Assembly: GCA_013152485.1 (NCBI GenBank)
Contig: JAADGG010000081.1
Span: 20,621-75,472, forward strand
From: Nitrospirota bacterium
GTDB lineage: Bacteria; Nitrospirota; Thermodesulfovibrionia; Thermodesulfovibrionales; JdFR-85
Length of the DNA: 54,852 nucleotides
Direction: 5' to 3'
Part shown: positions 48,309-54,852 of the stretch, one piece after another
How the letters are laid out: the number at the start of each line of letters is the position of its first letter
Position numbering within the stretch: the first letter of the stretch is position 1
Notes under the pieces: generated by a model
The model's database searches: none
Seen by the model: the letters and a program-made list of their open reading frames with translations, nothing else
What the model was told of the DNA's origin: nothing
Position numbers and translations under genes: made by a program

Positions 48309-49019
48309 TCAGCCCTCAACCGTCAACCTCTCGAGGGCCTCATTGGCTGCCCTCATCTGCGCCTCCTTCTTGCTCCTGCCCTTTCCGCTGCCCATGCACT
48401 CACCACCGATCAGCACCTCCACGGTGAAAGTCTTGTTGTGTTCCTCACCCTCCTCCTTCACGACACGGTACTCCGGCAGGACTCCATAGATATCCTGGGT
48501 GAGTTCCTGAAGCTCCGTCTTGTAGTCATGCGACTTACGAGTCCGTATGGTGTTTTCGATCGTATCACCGAGCACATGCAGTATCACCTTCCTGGCTACG
48601 TAATAGTCACTGTCGATGAAAACGGCTCCCACGACCGCCTCGAGGGCGTCGGCGAGGATGTTCTCCTTGTCACGTCCGCCGGAGGCCTCTTCACCCTTTC
48701 CGAGCCTCAGCACCCTGCCGAGCTCCAACATGCGCGCCGCCTCGGACAGGACAGGACGCGAGACGAGGAAGGACTTGAGCTTGGCCATATCCGACTCCGA
48801 GAGCGTATCCTCCACTCTGAACAGCTCCTCGACCACGGCGAGCCCGAGGACAGCGTCCCCGAGGAACTCGAGCCTCTCGTTGTAGGTCGGGGCCTCATCC
48901 GGATGCTCATTCGAGAAGGAGCTGTGCGTCACAGCCTCGATGAGCAGGGATGGGTCTTGAAATGTGTAATCAAGTGCGGACTCAAGCTTCTTCAAACTTC
49001 TTGAAAAGGAGGCAGGCAT
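48309..49019 (-). CDS. rnc: Ribonuclease III
   Basis: [22 protein letters not shown] and dsRBD (DYKTELQE…GRSKKEA). Likely start ATG 49019 overlaps fabF. Confidence 0.96.
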   Translation of the reverse strand: MPASFSRSLKKLESALDYTFQDPSLLIEAVTHSSFSNEHPDEAPTYNERLEFLGDAVLGLAVVEELFRVEDTLSESDMAKLKSFLVSRPVLSEAARMLELGRVLRLGKGEEASGGRDKENILADALEAVVGAVFIDSDYYVARKVILHVLGDTIENTIRTRKSHDYKTELQELTQDIYGVLPEYRVVKEEGEEHNKTFTVEVLIGGECMGSGKGRSKKEAQMRAANEALERLTVEG

Positions 49020-50229
49020 TTGTTCCACCGAATCCAAAAGAATTTGAGAGTGCATAGTTGACGGTTCTTTCACGGTAACTGTCCGTGACATAATCGAGAT
49101 CGCATTGCGGGTCGGGATTCTCGAGGTTTATCGTCGGGGGGACTATGTCATTGAAGACGCTCAGAACGCTGATGGCCGCTTCCACACCTCCGGCAGCACC
49201 GAGCAGGTGGCCGGTCATGGACTTGGTGGAGCTCACAACCATCCTGTACGCATGTTCGCCAAAGACCGTCTTGATGGCCTCGGTCTCGACCTCGTCGTTG
49301 AACTTCGTAGAGGTTCCGTGGGCATTTATATAGTCCACCGCGTCGGGAGGAATCCCTGCATCGTCAAGGGTCGCCCTCATGCATCTGACGGCCCCTTCAC
49401 CGCCAGGGGCAGGCGACGTAATATGATAGGCATCACCGGTCATGCCGTATCCCGCCACCTCTGCGTATATCTTGGCCCCCCGCCTGAGTGCGTTATCGAG
49501 GCTCTCCAGTATCACTATGCCGGCTCCCTCGCCCATGACGAAACCATCCCTGTCGCGGTCAAACGGCCTGCTCGCCTTTTCAGGCTCGTCATTCCTCCGA
49601 GACAGCGCCTTCATGACGGCAAACCCTACCATTCCAAGCGGTGCGATCACCGCCTCCGTGCCGCCGGCGATCATGACATCCGCTTCTCCCCGCTGGACGA
49701 TCCTGAAGGCATCACCTATTGCGTGTGTTCCCGTGGCACATGCCGTACAGACAGCCGAGTTGGGCCCCTTTGCGCCGAACCGCATGGAGACCCTGCCGGC
49801 GGCAAGGTTTATGATCAGCATGGGGATGAAGAAGGGTGTCACACGCTTGTAGCCCTTCTCCAGCAAGGCCTGGTGGTAGTGCTCTATTGCAGGGAGCCCT
49901 CCGATGCCGGAGCCGATGACGACGCCGACTCGCTCGGCATTGGCCTCCGAGATCTTCAGTCCGGAATCATCCACGGCCATCTGCGAGGCCGCAATTGCAA
50001 AGTGGATGAAACGGTCCATCTTCTTGATCTCCTTCTGCTCGATATAGTCGGCGGGATCAAAGCCCTTCACCTCTCCGGCGATGTGAACGGGCAGAGAAGA
50101 AGAATCAAAGGATGTAATGGTTCCTATACCCGACCTGCCCTCGAGGAGGGCGGACCAGTTCTCTTCCACCCCTATGCCGAGGGGGGTTATGAGACCGAGG
50201 CCTGTTATGACAACCCTGCGAGGTTTCAT
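48982..50229 (-). CDS. fabF: 3-oxoacyl-ACP synthase II
   Basis: [21 protein letters not shown] and SNSFGFGG. Confidence 0.97.
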   Translation of the reverse strand: MKPRRVVITGLGLITPLGIGVEENWSALLEGRSGIGTITSFDSSSLPVHIAGEVKGFDPADYIEQKEIKKMDRFIHFAIAASQMAVDDSGLKISEANAERVGVVIGSGIGGLPAIEHYHQALLEKGYKRVTPFFIPMLIINLAAGRVSMRFGAKGPNSAVCTACATGTHAIGDAFRIVQRGEADVMIAGGTEAVIAPLGMVGFAVMKALSRRNDEPEKASRPFDRDRDGFVMGEGAGIVILESLDNALRRGAKIYAEVAGYGMTGDAYHITSPAPGGEGAVRCMRATLDDAGIPPDAVDYINAHGTSTKFNDEVETEAIKTVFGEHAYRMVVSSTKSMTGHLLGAAGGVEAAISVLSVFNDIVPPTINLENPDPQCDLDYVTDSYRERTVNYALSNSFGFGGTNACLLFKKFEEA

Positions 50230-50463
50230 CTATGCCTGGCTCTTGTTCTTTATATAATCTATGGCATCCTGTACTTTCAGTATCTTCTCGGCGTCTTCAT
50301 CCGGGATCTCGATCCCGAAGGTCTCCTCGAATGCCATAACGAGTTCAACGGTATCGAGGGAGTCGGCACCGAGGTCTTCCACGAATGATGCCGCCGGTGT
50401 TACCTGAGCGATGTCAACCCCAAGCTGGTTTGCTATAAGTTCCTTCACTTTCTCCTCTACCAT
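50230..50463 (-). CDS. acpP: Acyl carrier protein
   Basis: [12 protein letters not shown]; SD GGAGG. Confidence 0.97.
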   Translation of the reverse strand: MVEEKVKELIANQLGVDIAQVTPAASFVEDLGADSLDTVELVMAFEETFGIEIPDEDAEKILKVQDAIDYIKNKSQA

Positions 50464-50578
50464 CTCACAACCTCCAAAAGTATAAGATTAAGAACCGAAT
50501 CGTGCCTCTTCGGCCCACTGCTTGTCCAGGCACAAAGCACCTGACATATAAAAAACGGCATTACCCGGCTGCCTGCCC

Positions 50579-51319
50579 TCACATATACATGCCGCCGTTT
50601 ACATGGACGACCTGCCCGGTAACATAGCCGGCTTCGGGAGAAGCCAGGAAGACCACGGCAGCGGCGACATCCTGCACGGTGCCAAGCTTTCCCATCGGGA
50701 TCGACTTCAGCATCTCATCCCTTACATTGTCAGGGAGCTTCTCTGTCATGGCAGTCATGATAAAGCCCGGGGCCACTGCATTCGAAGTTATCCCCCTGCT
50801 GGCATACTCCCTTGCAATGGTCTTGGTCAACCCGACGATGCCGGCCTTTGAGGCGGAGTAGTTGGCCTGACCGGGATTTCCCATGAAGGCGACGACAGAT
50901 GCAATATTGACGATCCTCCCGTAACGCTGCTTCGCCATTATCTTTACCGCCTCCTTCGAACAGAGGAAGACGCTCTTGAGGTTGACGTCCATCACGCTGT
51001 CCCAGTCCTCCTCCTTCATTCTCAGCAGCAGGGCGTCACGGGTTATGCCTGCATTGTTCACAAGGATGTCCAGCCTCCCGAACTCCTTCACCACGGTACC
51101 GAACATCTCCTTGACACTGTCGGCGTCAGAGACATCGGCAACCACGGGGACCGCCTTCACTCCCTTGTCGGACAGCGCCCGAGCAACCGTCCCCGCATCG
51201 TCAGCACTGAGGTCGACGACCGCGATATCGACACCGAGACCTGCAAGGCTCTCTGCTATGGCCTGCCCGATACCTCTGCCGGCGCCGGTAACAACCGCCA
51301 CCTGTCCCTTGAAATCCAT
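50579..51319 (-). CDS. fabG: 3-oxoacyl-ACP reductase
   Basis: TGAGRGIG, NNAGITRD, YSASK and VNGGMY. Start is ATG 51319 or GTG 51322. Confidence 0.96.
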   Translation of the reverse strand: MDFKGQVAVVTGAGRGIGQAIAESLAGLGVDIAVVDLSADDAGTVARALSDKGVKAVPVVADVSDADSVKEMFGTVVKEFGRLDILVNNAGITRDALLLRMKEEDWDSVMDVNLKSVFLCSKEAVKIMAKQRYGRIVNIASVVAFMGNPGQANYSASKAGIVGLTKTIAREYASRGITSNAVAPGFIMTAMTEKLPDNVRDEMLKSIPMGKLGTVQDVAAAVVFLASPEAGYVTGQVVHVNGGMYM

Positions 51320-51407
51320 CACATCCCCCTTCCCAGTTGATGACGAACGGACATCAGGGGCGCGGGTATTCCCAACACCCCCTGTTTTGCATCTTCGTCC
51401 GGCATCC

Positions 51408-51437
51408 ATTTTAACAGACTCAAGTTATCTTTTCCAA
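51408..51437 (-). promoter_or_regulatory. Candidate fabG promoter
   Basis: TTGGAA, 18 bp, extended -10 TGT-TAAAAT (hexamer 51413-51408). Confidence 0.45.
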
Positions 51438-51611
51438 GCCCTGCCCTGAAAGGGACTCGACTCTGCGACAAACGCCTCGTGGAGAGGAACCGGCATGAAC
51501 AATCACGGATTTGTTTTTCGTGACGTGTATTATACTCCAAACACCCGTAAAATAACAAAAACCGTCTCCGCCTCCTTGACAGGACGTCGGCATTAAATCT
51601 TAATATATATA

Positions 51612-52364
51612 ATGACAGGAGATGTCTACACCCCTTTGAGAGCAAAGGCTTCCGAGATAGCAGCCTCACAGGGAGCACCTTCCTTCTACAGGATCTTCAA
51701 GCGGGAGATAAGCGAGTCACTGCAGCTGCTCCGGGAGAACGTGATACTGAGGCAATGCATACGGCACATAGATCTCGTCCAGGAAGGAATGGGACACGGC
51801 TACGAACACTCGAAGGCCGTTGCCGTGGATGCGGGGGCGCTGGTGAGGATAGAGGCCAAGCGCATGGTGATCCCTGAGGAGATAACCGAAAAACTGATCG
51901 TAACAGCCCATATCTCGGGACTTCTACACGACATAAAGAGGGGCTCCGAAGACCACGCCGTAGCCGGCAGCGAGGAGGCCAAGAAGATACTGGTCTGTTC
52001 TGGTATCGACAGCAGGTTCAAGAGGTATATCGCGGTCGCCATCAGAAACCACGAGGCTTTCAAGACGGTCGTCCCCCCCGAGGACGAATATGGAGGACTG
52101 GTGAGCAATGCGCTCTACGACGCTGACAAGTTCAGGTGGGGACAGGAAAACTTTACCAGGACGGTCTGGGACATGCTCGAGTTCGGCAACGTCCCCCCCG
52201 AGGACTTTCTCGAAAACTACAACAAGGGAATCGATTACATAAAACGCATAAAAGAGACCTTCAGGACACCGACAGGCAAGAGATACGGCCCGGAGATAAT
52301 CGACATGGGGCTCCAGATCGGAGAGGTGATATATTCCGAGCTGAAGGAGAGCCTCGGGAGGTAA
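51612..52364 (+). CDS. HD-superfamily metal-dependent phosphohydrolase
   Basis: HGYEHS, LLHDI, HA, IRNH and LYDADK. Confidence 0.85.
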   Translation: MTGDVYTPLRAKASEIAASQGAPSFYRIFKREISESLQLLRENVILRQCIRHIDLVQEGMGHGYEHSKAVAVDAGALVRIEAKRMVIPEEITEKLIVTAHISGLLHDIKRGSEDHAVAGSEEAKKILVCSGIDSRFKRYIAVAIRNHEAFKTVVPPEDEYGGLVSNALYDADKFRWGQENFTRTVWDMLEFGNVPPEDFLENYNKGIDYIKRIKETFRTPTGKRYGPEIIDMGLQIGEVIYSELKESLGR

Positions 52365-52365
52365 C

Positions 52366-53139
52366 TCAGGCCACCTTCCTCGGATACGTGTACTCACCGA
52401 AAAGGACGCCCTTCAGCCACTTGTGGGCGAACCTCAGCATCTCTACGTCGTCTTCCCTGATCATGCCTATCGTCGCATCATCCACGTCATACAGCTCGAG
52501 GAACCTGCTCTCGAAGACGAAGCTCCTGAAGCTGTCGACGTCGAAACTGCCGAGCATGTAGAGCCTCTGGCTCTTCTCGTCCGGGTCCACGTCTGCAGCG
52601 CGCAGTTTCTTGTTCAGAACGATGTCGAACCAGTCCTTGTTTATGAAATCGTACCGGTCTATCTCCTGGGCTTCCCTCCACTGATGAACCGTCCATTCCC
52701 TCTCCTCGTCGAACCCCTTGCAGAAAGGCTCCTTGATCGGGAAGTAGAAGTCTCCGCCCTCCACCTCGCTGCCCTTGAGCACACCGAGTCCTATGGGATA
52801 GTACCTGCACACGAGCGGCCTGTCGGCATAGATGCTGCAGCCCTCCTCGCCGATAAAGGGACACTTGCCGTCCTCGGTCATGTTGAGCAGGAAAAAGGGC
52901 AGCTTCGTCTTCTTCAGATCAACGATTCTCGTATAGAGCGCCAGGAATTCCGCCGAAGAGATGCCGAGCCTCGTCTTGATCCTCAGCACGTCATAAGGCG
53001 TGAGGAATACCGTAATCTTTCCGCAGCAGGACTTGAAGCACTCAAGTCCCTTGTTACAGGAGAACCTGAACTTGCTCTCCAGCGTCATCTTGACAGGTTC
53101 TATGGGGTTTCTACCCGCTTGACCGCCTGTTTCTTCCAT
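52366..53139 (-). CDS. YkgJ-family cysteine-cluster protein
   Basis: C…..CF..CC and CPF….GCSIY.DRP..CR.YP. Confidence 0.88.
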   Translation of the reverse strand: MEETGGQAGRNPIEPVKMTLESKFRFSCNKGLECFKSCCGKITVFLTPYDVLRIKTRLGISSAEFLALYTRIVDLKKTKLPFFLLNMTEDGKCPFIGEEGCSIYADRPLVCRYYPIGLGVLKGSEVEGGDFYFPIKEPFCKGFDEEREWTVHQWREAQEIDRYDFINKDWFDIVLNKKLRAADVDPDEKSQRLYMLGSFDVDSFRSFVFESRFLELYDVDDATIGMIREDDVEMLRFAHKWLKGVLFGEYTYPRKVA

Positions 53140-53221
53140 GGTCAGGCCCTCCCTTCCAGACAGACTCTAACGGCGCTGCCCTGAAAACATCCAGCGTCAG
53201 CTCCGGCATCGATATAATAGC

Positions 53222-54040
53222 CTATTCAGGCCGGAATTTTCCAACCAGCTCCTTTACCACCCGGTTCCAGCCCTCGGGCCCCACCCCTTTGGCCCTTAGA
53301 ACACCGGGGACATTGATCCTGCCGTCGTGGAAACCGCCGGGCTTCTGGACTATCACGGCGACGTCAACCGCCTCGAGCATCGGGATATCGTTCGGGCTGT
53401 CGCCGAGCGCAATGGTCCGGATGTCTCCAAACTCCCTTCTGTACAGTTCGGTCAGTATCCTGACCGCCTTGCCCTTGTCGTTGTCTCCCAACAGGTGGTA
53501 GTATTTCCCCACGGTATAGTTGAGGCCGAGCGATAATATGGCATCTCTGAGCCGGTCTTCGTCGGTGCCGTCTTCTATCACGAACGGCTCGTCGAAATCC
53601 CTCTCCTTCGACAGTCTCGCCTCCTCCGGGCTCAGGCCGGTAAGGGATACGATCTCCTCGACGGTCATGTCCCCGAACCCCTTGACCTTGAACCCCATCT
53701 GCCTGAGTCTCAGAAGTCCGGCCCTGAGCTCACTGTAGCTCTTGCCTATCGTTATGACGCGGTACTTGTCGTCGTGCCTGAAACCGACATCCGGCGACTT
53801 CGCAAAGTATCCCTCGGGGATGAAGATCCCTCCCCCGTTCTCTGAAACAAACGGATCCCTGTTTGAGAGGCGCTCCCTGTAAAGCTCTATCTCCCGCCTC
53901 GTCTTGCTCGAACAGAGGACGAGAGGGATCCCTTTCCGCCTTATAACCTCCAGGGCGTCTGCAGCCTCCTCGAAAGAGTAATTGTCATATCTGAGGAGGG
54001 TGCCGTCGAGGTCCGTAAATATGACGATCATGTTGGACAT
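53222..54040 (-). CDS. Mannosyl/glucosyl-3-phosphoglycerate phosphatase (HAD IIB)
   Basis: DLDGTLL, CSSKT..E, ENGG, EPF, DKGKA, GDSPND..ML and GPEGW, typical of MpgP/GpgP/YedP. Confidence 0.88.
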   Translation of the reverse strand: MSNMIVIFTDLDGTLLRYDNYSFEEAADALEVIRRKGIPLVLCSSKTRREIELYRERLSNRDPFVSENGGGIFIPEGYFAKSPDVGFRHDDKYRVITIGKSYSELRAGLLRLRQMGFKVKGFGDMTVEEIVSLTGLSPEEARLSKERDFDEPFVIEDGTDEDRLRDAILSLGLNYTVGKYYHLLGDNDKGKAVRILTELYRREFGDIRTIALGDSPNDIPMLEAVDVAVIVQKPGGFHDGRINVPGVLRAKGVGPEGWNRVVKELVGKFRPE

Positions 54041-54135
54041 AGAACCTCCGGTTGAATCACTTCAGTCGCTGTATGCCAGCAGTCCTGCAGGCGCAAAGGA
54101 CCGCCGGTTGCAGAGAGAGAAGGCCCAGGATCGTG

Positions 54136-54852
54136 TCACCATCTGAGGACTATCTGCAAGTCCATCACGTTGGTTCCCGTGGGGCCGGTCACGAGAAGCC
54201 CTCCTGCCTGCTTGAAAAAATTGTACGAGTCATTCTCTTCAAGGTATCTCTCGGGAGAAAGCCCCAAGGTCCTCGCCCTCGGAACCGTTTCTCCGTCCAC
54301 CACGGCTCCGGCAGCGTCTGTAGGGCCGTCGGTACCGTCGGTCCCGGCAGACAGCAGGGCAACTCCATCGACCCCTTCTATCTCCATTGCAAAGGCGAGG
54401 GCGAACTCAAGGTTCCTGCCGCCGAGTCCGCCGCCCCTGACGGTCACCGTCGTCTCTCCGCCCGAGACGTAACACGCCTTCTTTCCTCCGGCCCTCGCCA
54501 AGACCTCCCTGCAAAGCCACCTTGCAGCCTCACGCGCTTCGCCCGAGAGTGACTCGGTGAGGATCTCCGCGCTGTAGCCGAGCGCAGAGGCCTCTTGCCT
54601 GGCGGCCCCAAGGGCGATCCTGTTGCTCCCTATTATGATGTTGTCAACCCTGGTGAAGACCTCGCTGTCAGACGAAGGGGTATCCGGCACCCTTCCCTCA
54701 ACGCCATCCTCGATTATCCTGAGAACCCCTCGAGGCGCCTTGTCAGTCAGGCCGTACCTCTTGAGGACGTTCAGGGCATCGAGGTAGGTGGTCTCATCCG
54801 GAGCCGTCGGGCCTGAGGCTATCACATCGAGCCGGTCTCCTATGACGTCGGA
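54136..54852 (-). CDS. Glycerate kinase, MOFRL family (3' part; 5' end outside window)
   Basis: SDVIGDRLDVIASGPT, GGETTV, GGRN.E, GTDGTDG and TGTNVMD; frame open to the window end. Confidence 0.92.
   Translation of the reverse strand, partial: SDVIGDRLDVIASGPTAPDETTYLDALNVLKRYGLTDKAPRGVLRIIEDGVEGRVPDTPSSDSEVFTRVDNIIIGSNRIALGAARQEASALGYSAEILTESLSGEAREAARWLCREVLARAGGKKACYVSGGETTVTVRGGGLGGRNLEFALAFAMEIEGVDGVALLSAGTDGTDGPTDAAGAVVDGETVPRARTLGLSPERYLEENDSYNFFKQAGGLLVTGPTGTNVMDLQIVLRW

Overview
Gene-dense, moderately GC-rich bacterial chromosome segment. Gene content and order suggest Nitrospirota (Thermodesulfovibrionia-like) or a deltaproteobacteria-like lineage; this is an inference. From left to right: (1) a canonical dcw cluster on the minus strand (mraZ-rsmH-ftsL-ftsI-murE-murF-mraY-murD-ftsW-murG-murC-murB-ddl-ftsQ') with a clear sigma70 promoter and triple MraZ box; (2) a patchwork envelope/accessory block (orphan GspN-like, DUF2914, nhaA, TraF-like beta-barrel, DUF4832 glycoside-hydrolase-like lipoprotein); (3) a 14.4 kb, 12-gene chemosensory operon (cheY-cheA-ExeA-like ATPase-cheW-MCP-MCP-cheW-HEAT-cheR-cheB-GAF-cheY); (4) rlmN-ahcY-metK, usp-TCS-rimI, a TIM-barrel gene with an apparent CTG start, fmdB-like, gpgS-ferritin-like, dapB, MFS, fabG-acpP-fabF-rnc, HD, YkgJ, gpgP/mpgP and a partial glycerate kinase. 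The best novelty candidate is the 950-aa chemoreceptor. It combines a periplasmic c-type heme sensor (CxxCH), a very long (~64-heptad) signalling hairpin and a C-terminal, cytoplasmic PhnD/PtxB-like oxyanion-binding domain, making it a putative two-compartment, dual-input receptor in a likely non-flagellar chemosensory system. I saw no rRNA, tRNA, CRISPR array or mobile element. All calls are by eye, without database searches.
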